DNA from: Bacilli bacterium
GTDB lineage: Bacteria; Bacillota_I; Bacilli_A; RF39; UBA660
NCBI GenBank assembly: GCA_017398945.1
Contig: JAFQES010000030.1
Location: 28,586 to 92,585, forward strand
Direction: 5' to 3'
Length of the DNA stretch: 64,000 nt
This document shows positions 18,648-29,089 of this stretch, piece after piece; the first letter of the stretch is position 1; every line of letters starts with the position of its first letter. The notes beneath the pieces are model-generated. The model saw nothing but the letters and a program-made list of their open reading frames with translations, was not told where the DNA came from and did no database searches. A program made the position numbers and the translations under genes.

Positions 18648-20585
18648 TTATTCACCCATGATATTTTCAATTTCTTCAAGGCTATTTGATTCAGTATCAA
18701 TATCATTGTTTTCTATATTTGTTTCATTATTTTGATTCTCATTTTGATCAATATTTGGAATATCTATTTTTTCTGTTCCAACAGTAAATAAAACAGATTT
18801 GACATTTTTTACTAAAACGCCAGATGCAACATTTTGATTTGTAATTATATTGCTAGAACGATCTAAATAATCAAATTCGACTGTTATATTATTTTCTGTT
18901 GCCCAACTTTGAGCTTCGCTAACAGTTTTACCAATAAAGCTTGGCATTAATTTTAAACTTTCACCCGAACGAATTCCTTTGCCAAACACTTTTGATTCGT
19001 AGTCTTCATTAATTGAATAACTAAAAGTTTTAACTAATTCTGGTTTTTCTATTTCTAGATTTTCTTTCATCAATTTAGTTATTTCAGCAAGACTGTCTGG
19101 ATAATAAGATAGAGCAGATGTAACACGAGTTCCTAAATTTACTGGCAAAGAAGAAACTTCTAAATAAGTCTTTTTAATATTTATCATTTCTTCTTTATTT
19201 AAAGTTCTTTCTAACATGCTTTTTAAAATATCATAACTTGAAATTATTTGATCTCTACTCATATTAGTAGCAATATTGTTACTAACAGCATCTAAAACAC
19301 TTTCGAATTTATCAAAGCTATTGATAGTTAAAGCTTTTTGCGCTAGAGCAGTAATAACTTCTTGTTGGTGTCTATTTCTTGCTAAGTCACTTTCAATATA
19401 TTGGCTACGATTTCTAGCATAAGCTAAAGCTTGTTCTCCATCTAGGGTTTGCATTCCATAATCAAGATATATTACTTTTCCACTACTACGATCACTAGAT
19501 CCTGTACATACTTTCCCTTTACAATCTATTCCGTGGTTAGTATTAAAATCAGGTTCTTCTACATCTATAGTAACACCACCAACAGCATCGACTAAATGAA
19601 CTACAGCTTTAAAATTAACTTTTATATAATAATCTATTGGTATATCAGTTAATTGTTCAATAGTATCAATTACACAACTAGTTCCATAGGCAGCTGATGA
19701 ATTAATTTTAGCATAAGCATTATTTCGACACGCTATTGGAACATAAGTATCTCTTGGAATGCTAAACATTGTAGCAGTTAAAGTTTTAGGGTTAAATGTC
19801 ATTAAAATTAAAGTGTCTCCATTAAAAGCGGCATTAGCATCTAAACCTTCACTATCCGAATCAACGCCTAATGCTAATACTGTAAATGGTTCAGTTAAAC
19901 TCTTGTTGCTAATAATTTGTTTGTCTTCATTTTTTCTTTTTTCACTATATTTATAAATAATTTTAGTTACTTCACCAATATCTGTAAAATGTTCTTCGCC
20001 ATTAAATAAAGTAACATAATTTTCGGATACAAAGATTGCATCAACATCGCCGTTATATAAATCAGAAATCATTATTAAATAATCATCATATTTTTTGATA
20101 TCATTTTTTAATTTATATTTACTTAAAATTTCTTTAGCTAAAATATTACCTTCGATATCATCTTCATTTGATATCATACCAATCTTGCTATTTTCATTAA
20201 ATTCGGTATCCTTCATACTTATTAAATAAGAAGTATAAACAATCATATCTTTTTCGCCTAGACGATCTAGAGTATCATAGGCAAACGTAAATACAAAGTT
20301 AGCAACTCCAAATATAATACTAAATATGAATGTAAAAATAGTTAAGACTGTAAATAATTTGTACTTTTTTTGAACTAATTTAATTAAACCTACAAATAAG
20401 TAAGTAATAATCCAAATAGCAAAAAAGAAAATAACGATAACTCTGAGTAAAGTTTCTACATCTTTTAAAGAAAGAATATTTATTACAAATAAAATGTATA
20501 ATACTAGATATAATATGGTACTAATTCCAAAAAAAGATAGAGCAACTTTGCTAGCTTTTTTTAATTTTTTTAAAAGTACTTTCAT
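18648..20585 (-). CDS. LytR-CpsA-Psr (LCP) family cell-envelope phosphotransferase with N-terminal TM segments and a C-terminal extension
   Basis: LCP core (FTVLALGVDSD..., RDTYVPI...). Start moved to ATG (MKVLLKK) after AAAGGAG. The track start lies within the RBS. Confidence 0.8.
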   Translation of the reverse strand: MKVLLKKLKKASKVALSFFGISTILYLVLYILFVINILSLKDVETLLRVIVIFFFAIWIITYLFVGLIKLVQKKYKLFTVLTIFTFIFSIIFGVANFVFTFAYDTLDRLGEKDMIVYTSYLISMKDTEFNENSKIGMISNEDDIEGNILAKEILSKYKLKNDIKKYDDYLIMISDLYNGDVDAIFVSENYVTLFNGEEHFTDIGEVTKIIYKYSEKRKNEDKQIISNKSLTEPFTVLALGVDSDSEGLDANAAFNGDTLILMTFNPKTLTATMFSIPRDTYVPIACRNNAYAKINSSAAYGTSCVIDTIEQLTDIPIDYYIKVNFKAVVHLVDAVGGVTIDVEEPDFNTNHGIDCKGKVCTGSSDRSSGKVIYLDYGMQTLDGEQALAYARNRSQYIESDLARNRHQQEVITALAQKALTINSFDKFESVLDAVSNNIATNMSRDQIISSYDILKSMLERTLNKEEMINIKKTYLEVSSLPVNLGTRVTSALSYYPDSLAEITKLMKENLEIEKPELVKTFSYSINEDYESKVFGKGIRSGESLKLMPSFIGKTVSEAQSWATENNITVEFDYLDRSSNIITNQNVASGVLVKNVKSVLFTVGTEKIDIPNIDQNENQNNETNIENNDIDTESNSLEEIENIMGE

Positions 20586-20731
20586 AATGACTCCTTTGTA
20601 TTTTTTTAACATATTTAATTATAATATAAAATGATAATAAACTCAATGTTAAATTGTTGACACTATAATTGCATTTATGCATAAAAATAACTTTATTTAT
20701 GTTATAATTATTAAGATAGAAGGGATGAAAT

Positions 20732-22471
20732 ATGAGAAAATTTGTTAAAACAATATTTATTTTTATATTATTAATCATATTTTATCCAAGTATAACTTAT
20801 GCTGATGTTTATTATGTAACTAAAGAGGATGCTAATTTAAGGAGTACTGCTCAAGTAGTTGATGAAAATGTAATTATGTCAATTAAAAGAGGTGCGGTTG
20901 TAGAACTTTTATCCGAATCTAAAACTTGGGGTGGTTCTTGTAATTCTGGTTGGTATAATATTAGTTATGCTGGTAGTGTTGGGTATGTTTGTTCGGGATA
21001 TATTGCTTATGGAAATCCTGAAAATGAAACTGATGAATATTTAAGACCGTGGACTACTCCTAAAAAAGCTATTATAGGTGGAGCTAAATATATAGCTAGT
21101 TCTTATATAAATAGGGGACAAAATACTTCGTATTTAAAGAAATTTAACGTTACTAGCAATAGTACTTATAATCACCAATATATGGCTAATTTAGCAGCAC
21201 CTTATAGTGAATCTTATAATAGTTATAAAAGTTACCGAGATAATGGATTACTTGAATTACCATTAGAATTTTCAATCCCGATATTCACAAATATGCCTGA
21301 TTATACAAAATTGCCAGGAAAAGATGCTGATACTTCTTGTCAAATAGAAATTACGGATGAAGCGTTTGAAACAGAACTAAATAATCAAGGATTTCCCGAA
21401 AGTTATAAATGCAAATTAAGATTGTTACATACCAAATATCCAAATTGGAAATTTGTGGCATTTCAAACTAATTTAGATTTCAATAAATCAGTTAGGGCCG
21501 AACAAGCTGTTAGTTCGATTAATGGAGGAAGTATTTATTATGCAACTCCAGTAGAAGAAACTGAATCAGGTTGGTACATTGCTAATACCGAAACAGTAGA
21601 ATATTATTTAGATCCAAGAAACTTTTTAAATGAAGAAAGGATCTTAATGTTTGAAGATTTATCTTATCGAGATTATTATACTGAAAGTGCTATTAGTACG
21701 ATTTTAAAAGGAACATTCATGGAAGAGTATTCTTTATTAGATAATCAAACTTATTCAAGTATTTTTGTGGAGGCAGGTACTACTGCACAAATGTCTTCGG
21801 TTTATTTAGCTAGTTTGGCAAGACAAGAAAGTGGCTCTAATGGTTCAAAAGCAACCAGTGGAAACGAATTTACTTATCAAGGAACAACTTATAAAGGTTT
21901 ATATAATTTTTATAATATTGGTGCTAATAGTAGTGCAGAAAGTCCTATTTTAGCAGGACTTGTATGGGCGACTGGTGGGTTTGATACCGATTACGTAACT
22001 AATAATAATTCTAGTAGTTCATCAAATAATTCTTCTTCTGCTCCTCCGGCGGATAAAAATCCAAGTCCAGTTTTAAGTGAACAAGATATTTTAAATAAAA
22101 TGGGTGTAAAAAAGTCATCTGATTGTTTAACGGGGATAGAGCTTGGTAAAACAGTGGGAGAGCTGAAACAAAATTTATCTGGTTTAACCATCTCAACTGC
22201 ACTTGGAGATGGAGATAAAGTTAGAACAGGAATGATTTTAACAGTATCTGATGGAACAACGTCATATAAATATACTTTAGCAATAGCTGGAGATGTTGAT
22301 GGTGATGGGGAAATGATGGCAACTGATTATGTAAAAATAAAAAATTATATTATGGAAGTTAAAGATAGTAGTTTAAATGTTGCTCAAAGCTTAGCGGCTG
22401 ATGTTGATAACAATGGTTCAATTGGGGCAACTGATTATGTATTAATAAAAAATAATATTATGAATAGGTGA
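20732..22471 (+). CDS. Secreted cell-wall hydrolase-like protein: SH3b-like N-terminus, glucosaminidase-like domain, C-terminal dockerin-like repeat pair
   Basis: Signal peptide. YNFYNIGA resembles the glucosaminidase N[FM][FY]GIGA motif. Repeats DVDGDGEMMATDYVKIKNYIM and DVDNNGSIGATDYVLIKNNIM are dockerin type I-like. Confidence 0.55.
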   Translation: MRKFVKTIFIFILLIIFYPSITYADVYYVTKEDANLRSTAQVVDENVIMSIKRGAVVELLSESKTWGGSCNSGWYNISYAGSVGYVCSGYIAYGNPENETDEYLRPWTTPKKAIIGGAKYIASSYINRGQNTSYLKKFNVTSNSTYNHQYMANLAAPYSESYNSYKSYRDNGLLELPLEFSIPIFTNMPDYTKLPGKDADTSCQIEITDEAFETELNNQGFPESYKCKLRLLHTKYPNWKFVAFQTNLDFNKSVRAEQAVSSINGGSIYYATPVEETESGWYIANTETVEYYLDPRNFLNEERILMFEDLSYRDYYTESAISTILKGTFMEEYSLLDNQTYSSIFVEAGTTAQMSSVYLASLARQESGSNGSKATSGNEFTYQGTTYKGLYNFYNIGANSSAESPILAGLVWATGGFDTDYVTNNNSSSSSNNSSSAPPADKNPSPVLSEQDILNKMGVKKSSDCLTGIELGKTVGELKQNLSGLTISTALGDGDKVRTGMILTVSDGTTSYKYTLAIAGDVDGDGEMMATDYVKIKNYIMEVKDSSLNVAQSLAADVDNNGSIGATDYVLIKNNIMNR

Positions 22472-22476
22472 TAAGA

Positions 22477-23949
22477 ATGAAAAAAGTGTTATTTACAATT
22501 ATGATGTTGATATTAAGTGTTAATTTAGTAAATGCTGCATCATATAGTGTTTCAGTGGGGACAAAAAGTTTAACTAAAGGGGGTTCAACAAACTTAACGA
22601 TAAAAGGATCAGATGTTACTGGAAGGTTTAATATAAGAACATCTGATGCTTCGGTTGTATCGGTTAGTGAAAGTTCTATTTGGATTGAAAATAATAGTTA
22701 TAAGATAACTTTAAAAGCATTAAAAGTTGGAGATGCAACTATTACAGTAACTCCAGCAACTGGTACTTCTGATTCGAATGGTAATGCAGCAAATTTATCT
22801 AGCAAATCTGTTAAGATAACAGTTGCTTTACCAAGAGAAAAATCAAGTAATAATAATTTAAAAAGTTTATCAGTAGATGGATATGAATTATCTCCAGTAT
22901 TTGATGTCAATACATTAGAATATACAACTACAGTTCCTTCAACAGTTGATAAAATAAATATAAAAGCTCAAAAAGCTGATAATTATGCATCTATTTCTGG
23001 GATAGGAGAATTCGAAGTATCTGAAGGAGTAAATGAATTTGAAGTTATTGTTACAAGTGAAACTAGAAAAGATAAAGTTTATAAAGTTATTGTTAATGTA
23101 GAAGACTTAAATCCTATTGAAGTAGACTATGAAGGAGAAAGTTATACAGTTGTCAAAAACCCTAAAAATTTAGTTGCGCCACCAAATTATACAGAAACAA
23201 CCGTACAAATAGAAAATAATGTTGTACCAGGATTTTATAATGATTATACTAAATATCAATTAGTTGGATTAAAAGATAGTGCTGGAACAATTAGTTTATT
23301 TGTTTATGATAATGGTAAATATGACAAATATTGTGAGATAAAAGGTGAATCCGTAGCAATTACTCCAATAGATTTTCCGGAACTTGATATTCCAAAAGAA
23401 CTAATGTATACCATTGACAAAATAGATTTTAATGGTAGTAAGGTAGAAGCATTAATTCTAGGAGATGGAAATCTTGAAAATGCTAAACATGCTTGGGTTT
23501 ATGGGATAAACATTGCTACTGGTGAAAAAGCATATTATCATTATAGTTTTGTGGATAAAACTTTACAATATGATAATAATTTATATATACTTGCGGCATT
23601 GTGTGAACTTTTGGATCAATATAATAAATATTCTTATATAATTTTAGGAACATCAGTAGGATGTGCAATATTATTAATTTTGACAATTACATTTGCAATT
23701 TGTAATCACAGTAAAAAGAAAATATTAAAAAAATATATTGAAAAAAAAGAAAAAGCTTTAGAACAAACAGCAATATTAAATACAAAAGATATTGAAGAAG
23801 TTTCCAAAAAAGAAACTAAAAAAGTGGCAAAAAAAGAAGTTATTGAAACAAATGAAGATTTAGAAGAAGCAACTTATAACTTATTTGATGAGGATAAGAA
23901 AAAGAAAAAAACAAAGTCTAAAAATAAAAACACTAAAACTGACAAATAA
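22477..23949 (+). CDS. Cell-surface protein with Ig-like/cadherin-like beta-sandwich domains, a C-terminal TM anchor and a Lys-rich tail
   Basis: Signal peptide. NLKSLSVDGYELSPVFDVNTLEYTTTV matches the cadherin-like beta-sandwich motif. TM IILGTSVGCAILLILTITFAI then a K-rich tail. Confidence 0.6.
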   Translation: MKKVLFTIMMLILSVNLVNAASYSVSVGTKSLTKGGSTNLTIKGSDVTGRFNIRTSDASVVSVSESSIWIENNSYKITLKALKVGDATITVTPATGTSDSNGNAANLSSKSVKITVALPREKSSNNNLKSLSVDGYELSPVFDVNTLEYTTTVPSTVDKINIKAQKADNYASISGIGEFEVSEGVNEFEVIVTSETRKDKVYKVIVNVEDLNPIEVDYEGESYTVVKNPKNLVAPPNYTETTVQIENNVVPGFYNDYTKYQLVGLKDSAGTISLFVYDNGKYDKYCEIKGESVAITPIDFPELDIPKELMYTIDKIDFNGSKVEALILGDGNLENAKHAWVYGINIATGEKAYYHYSFVDKTLQYDNNLYILAALCELLDQYNKYSYIILGTSVGCAILLILTITFAICNHSKKKILKKYIEKKEKALEQTAILNTKDIEEVSKKETKKVAKKEVIETNEDLEEATYNLFDEDKKKKKTKSKNKNTKTDK

Positions 23950-23970
23950 CAAAATTTGTCAGTTTTTTTT
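23939..23970 (+). terminator. Rho-independent terminator
   Basis: ctgacaaat aacaaa atttgtcag followed by T8. Confidence 0.7.
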
Positions 23971-24341
23971 AATACTTAATTTTTATAATATATCTTTCAG
24001 GAGGAAAAATTATGTAATCAAGATAAGAAGTGTTTGTTAAAAAAATTATTTAGTAACCAAGAAATCTGAATGGTTTGGAATAAAGTGAAAGAAAAGTATT
24101 GCATTAGTGTTGTTTATGTAATTGCGGTATTATCTAAAAGTGTAAGGTCAAGAAAATATTAGTCAGATTTAAAAAAATTATTGAAGAAGGATGTAATGAG
24201 TTGTCCGAGAAAATTGGACAACTGAAATTAAAATCTTCTGATAGAAAATATTATATTAGAAAACGAATAAAGTTAAGAAAAACTTTATTTTTTATTGGTT
24301 TATTTTAAAAATTCTATTATAATTTTATTATGGTGGTATAA

Positions 24342-24995
24342 ATGATAGAAGAATTATTTGATTTAGATAAAACTATTTTAAAAAAAGAATTTTTAAAAGT
24401 TAATTATCCTTGGGAATTATTAATAGATTTAAAATCGATAATAATCAATATGGGAAATGGTTTAAATAAAGAAGATTATCAAGAAATAAAAGAAAATGTT
24501 TGGGTAGGTAAAAATGTTAAAATATCTTCCTCTGCAGAAATAAATGGACCATGTATTATCGGAAATGATACAGAAATAAGAGTTAATGCATTTATCAGAG
24601 GCAGCGTTATCATTGGCAATAATTGTGTTATTGGTAATTCAACAGAAATAAAAAATGCAATTCTTTTTGATAATGTAAAAGTTCCCCATTTTAATTATGT
24701 GGGTGATTCGATCTTAGGATATAAAGCTCATTTTGGGGCTGGGGTAATTACTAGTAATGTAAAAAGTGATGAATCAAATGTAGTTGTATGTTATAAAGAT
24801 AAAAAAATTGAAACCAATAGAAAGAAAGTTGGAGCTATTGTGGGTGATCGAGTTGAGGTTGGATGTAATGCAGTTTTAGCTCCTGGAACTATAATTAATA
24901 AAAATAGTAATATATATCCCTTAACTTTGGTAAGAGGTTATATACCACAAAATGTAATTGTTAAAGATTTAAATAATATAGTAGAAAAGAAGTAG
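24342..24995 (+). CDS. Left-handed beta-helix (hexapeptide-repeat) transferase
   Basis: Hexapeptide repeats (VGKNVKI, IIGNDTEI, IIGNNCVIGN...). Confidence 0.65.
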   Translation: MIEELFDLDKTILKKEFLKVNYPWELLIDLKSIIINMGNGLNKEDYQEIKENVWVGKNVKISSSAEINGPCIIGNDTEIRVNAFIRGSVIIGNNCVIGNSTEIKNAILFDNVKVPHFNYVGDSILGYKAHFGAGVITSNVKSDESNVVVCYKDKKIETNRKKVGAIVGDRVEVGCNAVLAPGTIINKNSNIYPLTLVRGYIPQNVIVKDLNNIVEKK

Positions 24996-24998
24996 TTT

Positions 24999-25622
24999 AT
25001 GAAAACAAATATATATATTGATTTTGATTCAACTTTATTTAATACTGATGAATTTTATGGTGAGTTTTTAAATATTTGTAGAAAATATAATGTTGATAAC
25101 AAGCGAGTTATCAACATTAAAAATGAAATATTTAAAAAAGCTTGTGATTTTAATTTAGATATTTTAGCTGAAAAAATATTTGAAATTCATAATTTAAAAA
25201 AAGAATTCCTAGATGAAGTAGAAAAATTATATTCTTCTAAATATTTATTTGATGATACAATTTCTTTTTTGGAAAGCATATATTTAAAGTATGAGTTAGT
25301 GTTATTTACCTACGGAAATAAAAGTTATCAGACTAAAAAGATAAATGCAACTGGAATTGATAAATATTTTAAAGATATAATTATTACTGAAAATAGAAAA
25401 GACAGTTTAAATATTGATTATGTAAATAGTGTTTTTATTGATAATAATCCCAATGAAATAATTGGATACTATAATAAAGGAGCTAGAAAATTAATAAGGT
25501 TGCGTCATGAAAGTGATTTTAGGTGTAAAGTTGACACTAATTTAGAAGATATTTTGGAATTTTCGAATCTTAGTGATATAATAAATAGCAACGCTATAGA
25601 TTGGGTGGTTAATTATGAATAA
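24999..25622 (+). CDS. HAD-superfamily hydrolase
   Basis: Motif I DFDSTLF near the N-terminus. Confidence 0.6.
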   Translation: MKTNIYIDFDSTLFNTDEFYGEFLNICRKYNVDNKRVINIKNEIFKKACDFNLDILAEKIFEIHNLKKEFLDEVEKLYSSKYLFDDTISFLESIYLKYELVLFTYGNKSYQTKKINATGIDKYFKDIIITENRKDSLNIDYVNSVFIDNNPNEIIGYYNKGARKLIRLRHESDFRCKVDTNLEDILEFSNLSDIINSNAIDWVVNYE

Positions 25623-26622
25623 AAAAGTTGTAGCATTTGGTGGGGGAACTGGTTTAAGCTGTTTGCTTAAAGGTTTAAAAGGATATCCTTTAGATATAAC
25701 AGCTGTGGTATCAGTATCTGATGATGGTGGTAGCGCAGGAGCATTAAGAGATGAATTTAATATATTAGCTGTTGGTGATATAAGAAGGGTATTAGTTGCT
25801 TTATCAACAAATGAAGGATTAATAGAAAAATTATTTAATTATCGTTTTGAATCAGCTGGTAATTTAAATAAACATACTATTGGGAATCTCATTTTAACGG
25901 CATTAGCTAAAAAGCTAGGTTCAATTCAAAAAGCAATTGATGCTTTAGATGAAATATTTAATATGAGAGGTAATGTAATGCCTTTCACGGAAGATAATAA
26001 CTTAAAATTAGTTGCAAAAATGGCTGATGGAAATGTTATTGAAGGGGAACATCACATAACAAGTTATCCTTCTAAAATAATGCAAGTGGCTTATAAAGAA
26101 GAACCTATAATAAATGAAAATTTATTATATGAAATTAGACAAGCAGATATGATTGTCTTAAGTATGGGAAGTTTGTTTACAAGTGTTATCCCTAATTTAT
26201 TAAGTGAACAAGTTAGAAGAGCAATTGATGAAAGTAATGCTAAGATAGTTTATTGTTGTAATATGTTTACACAGCCTGGAGAAACTGATGATTATAAGGT
26301 TAGTGATCATATTAAAACTTTAAATCAGTATTTAGGTAATCGTAAGGTTGAATATGTTATAGCTAATTGTGGAGAAATAGATTTAGAATTAGCTCATAAA
26401 TATTCAACAGAAGAACAAAAAGATCCTGTTGAATTAGATTATGAAGAAACAGAAAAATTAGGAATAAAAGTTTTTGTTGAAGATTTAGCATATATTAAAA
26501 AAGAAAGTACAACTGGGAAAAATGTTATTAGACATAATTATGTTAAGTTAGGAAGTAATATAAATGCAATTGCGCTTAATCAGGAACATATGTTAAGAAC
26601 CAGAAAGACGGACAATAAATAG
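25615..26622 (+). CDS. yvcK: YvcK/CofD-like gluconeogenesis factor (UDP-sugar binding)
   Basis: VVAFGGGTGLSCLLKGLK...VSVSDDGGSAGALRDE is the YvcK/UPF0052 signature. Confidence 0.8.
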   Translation: MNKKVVAFGGGTGLSCLLKGLKGYPLDITAVVSVSDDGGSAGALRDEFNILAVGDIRRVLVALSTNEGLIEKLFNYRFESAGNLNKHTIGNLILTALAKKLGSIQKAIDALDEIFNMRGNVMPFTEDNNLKLVAKMADGNVIEGEHHITSYPSKIMQVAYKEEPIINENLLYEIRQADMIVLSMGSLFTSVIPNLLSEQVRRAIDESNAKIVYCCNMFTQPGETDDYKVSDHIKTLNQYLGNRKVEYVIANCGEIDLELAHKYSTEEQKDPVELDYEETEKLGIKVFVEDLAYIKKESTTGKNVIRHNYVKLGSNINAIALNQEHMLRTRKTDNK

Positions 26623-26717
26623 ATTGTTCGTTTATTTTTGTATCTATTGAATTTGCGTTAAAAAGTTCTTCTTTTTTTTGATTCTTTGGGGTATACTATT
26701 TGTAAGAGGTAGTTATT

Positions 26718-27761
26718 ATGAATTTAGAAGTGAATAGTCATAAGTTTTATTTTATATTAATTGTAACATTTTTTATAAGTTTTATTTTAGTTCCTTTGGC
26801 AAGAAAAATTGCTTTTCATGTTAATGCTGTTGATAAACCAAATCATCGAAGAGTTAATGAAGTTGCTATGCCTACTCAAGGTGGATTGGCAATATTTGTA
26901 ACATTTATGATAGGATTTATGCTATTTGCAGACATGAATGTGCAAATGATTTCTATTTTGATAGGTGGTTTTATTTTAATATTAACAGGATTTATAGATG
27001 GAATAAATTCTATTAAAGCCAGTCATAAGATGCTAGCTCAAATATGTGCAGCTGCAGTAGTTGTCTTTTACGGAAAAATATTTTTAAGTGATATTTCATT
27101 TTTAGGTTTGGCATTTACTATACCTAGTCCTTTAAACTATATTTTTTCAATAATTTTTATTGTTGGAATTATAAATGCTATAAATTTGATTGATGGTTTA
27201 GATGGATTATGTGGTGGTGTATCATCTATATATTTTGCAACAATAGCAATTATTGCATTTATCTTAAATAGATATGGTGGGCTTGATATAATGCTTGCTT
27301 TAATAATGCTAGGTTCTACGTTAGGATTCTTATTCCATAATTTTCCACCAGCATCGATATATTTAGGTGATACTGGAAGTATGTTTTTAGGGTATATGAT
27401 ATCTGTTATTTCTTTATTGGGATTTAAAGTTACAACTTTAACATCTTTAGTTATTCCATTAGTAATATTAGCAATTCCAATATTTGATACATTATTAGCA
27501 ATATTTAGAAGGATATTAAAGGGTGAATCAATTGGTAAACCAGATAAAGAACATTTTCATCATCAGTTATTAAAGATGAAATTTTCAACTAGAACAACAG
27601 TTTTAATTATATATGCAGTAAACATTTTATTCTCAGTTGTATCTGTTTTATATGTAATAGGAGATCCACAGTATGCTATTTTAATTTATGTTTTATTAAT
27701 GATAATGTTATTATTCTTAGTTTTAAAGACAGATATTTTATTTAAACATAAGAAAAAATAG
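26718..27761 (+). CDS. Polyprenyl-phosphate HexNAc-1-phosphate transferase (WecA/TagO/MraY family); initiating enzyme
   Basis: Multiple TM helices. IDGINSI and IINAINLIDGLDGL motifs. Confidence 0.8.
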   Translation: MNLEVNSHKFYFILIVTFFISFILVPLARKIAFHVNAVDKPNHRRVNEVAMPTQGGLAIFVTFMIGFMLFADMNVQMISILIGGFILILTGFIDGINSIKASHKMLAQICAAAVVVFYGKIFLSDISFLGLAFTIPSPLNYIFSIIFIVGIINAINLIDGLDGLCGGVSSIYFATIAIIAFILNRYGGLDIMLALIMLGSTLGFLFHNFPPASIYLGDTGSMFLGYMISVISLLGFKVTTLTSLVIPLVILAIPIFDTLLAIFRRILKGESIGKPDKEHFHHQLLKMKFSTRTTVLIIYAVNILFSVVSVLYVIGDPQYAILIYVLLMIMLLFLVLKTDILFKHKKK

Positions 27762-27877
27762 TAAATTTAACTGTTTAAAAGTATATAGAATTAGGTATGT
27801 TGGCCAAAAATGCTTTTAAATAGCTTTTTTTGGTGGTAAAATAGATTATGAAGTAAGGATGTGATTTTATTAGAATT

Positions 27878-29089
27878 TTGTTTATAACTTCAGATTATTC
27901 AAAACCAGAAAAAGGTTCTAATATATATACGGATTTAGCTGAAGCATTAAAAAATAATAACCATGATATAAAAGTTGTGGTTACAGAAGAAAAAAAGAAA
28001 ATAGATCAAACTACATTATTTACCGAAAATAATATTCCTGTATTAAGAGTTAAAACAGGTAATTTATATGAAGTGAGTTTTGTAGAAAAAGCATTAACTT
28101 TTTTAACTTTGAGTAGATCGTTAAAAAAAGGAATTAAAAAGTTTTTTGATAACGAAAAATTTGATTTAGTATTATTTCAATCTCCGCCACTTACAATGTG
28201 TAGTGTGGTTAAATGGGCGATGAAAAAGTATAAATGTCCATCATATTTAATGATGAAAGATATCTTTCCTCAAAATGGTGTAGATATAGGACTTTATAGT
28301 AAACAAAGTCCTATATATTGGTATTTTAGATATAGAGAAAAAGGGCTGTATAAAATTAGTTCTAAAATTGGTTGTATGTCTGAAGGAAATATCAGTTATT
28401 TGTTAGAACATAATAAATTTTTAGATAAAGATAAGTTAGAAATTTTTCCTAATACTGTAAAAATTACTAATCAAGCTAAAGTTAATAAAACTACTAAGAA
28501 AAAGATTAGAGAAAAATATGGTTTAACTGAAGATGATGTTGTTGCTATATATGGCGGTAATTTTGGGAGACCACAAGGATTAGATTTTTTGCTTGATGTT
28601 CTTAGATCATACAAAAACAAAAAAAATGTAAAATTTATTTTAATTGGACGAGGAACAGAAAAAGCTAAAATATTTGGCGAGGTAAATAATAATGGTTATA
28701 AAAATGTTTTAACTTATGATTTTATGCCTCGTGATGATTATGAAGCATTAACTAGAGTTTGTGACATTGGATTAATTTTTTTAGATAAAAGGTTTACTAT
28801 TCCAAATTATCCATCAAAAACACTATCTTATTTTGAGTGTTCACTTCCGATAATGGCGGCTATAGATAAAAATACTGATTACAGCAAACTGTTGGAAGAT
28901 GTTAATTGTGGATTTTGGGTGGAAAATGGTGATATAAAATCATTTAAAAATAAATTTAATCAATTATTAAAAGATAAAAAGTTGCGTAGCACTATGGGTG
29001 ATAATGGTCATCAACATTTAGTGAATGAATGGAATGTTGAAAAATCAGTAAAAATAATAGAAAGATATTTAGGTGAGAAAAATGTTTAA
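27878..29089 (+). CDS. GT4 family glycosyltransferase (non-canonical TTG start)
   Basis: GT4 C-terminal domain. TTG start. A conserved-looking ILFITSDY N-terminus has no ATG in frame upstream. Confidence 0.7.
   Translation: MFITSDYSKPEKGSNIYTDLAEALKNNNHDIKVVVTEEKKKIDQTTLFTENNIPVLRVKTGNLYEVSFVEKALTFLTLSRSLKKGIKKFFDNEKFDLVLFQSPPLTMCSVVKWAMKKYKCPSYLMMKDIFPQNGVDIGLYSKQSPIYWYFRYREKGLYKISSKIGCMSEGNISYLLEHNKFLDKDKLEIFPNTVKITNQAKVNKTTKKKIREKYGLTEDDVVAIYGGNFGRPQGLDFLLDVLRSYKNKKNVKFILIGRGTEKAKIFGEVNNNGYKNVLTYDFMPRDDYEALTRVCDIGLIFLDKRFTIPNYPSKTLSYFECSLPIMAAIDKNTDYSKLLEDVNCGFWVENGDIKSFKNKFNQLLKDKKLRSTMGDNGHQHLVNEWNVEKSVKIIERYLGEKNV

Noticed and set aside
20551-20778. 75-aa minus-strand ORF between the LCP gene and the glucosaminidase gene
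   Set aside because: It overlaps the LCP start region, the intergenic promoter region and the start of the + strand gene. It has no RBS.
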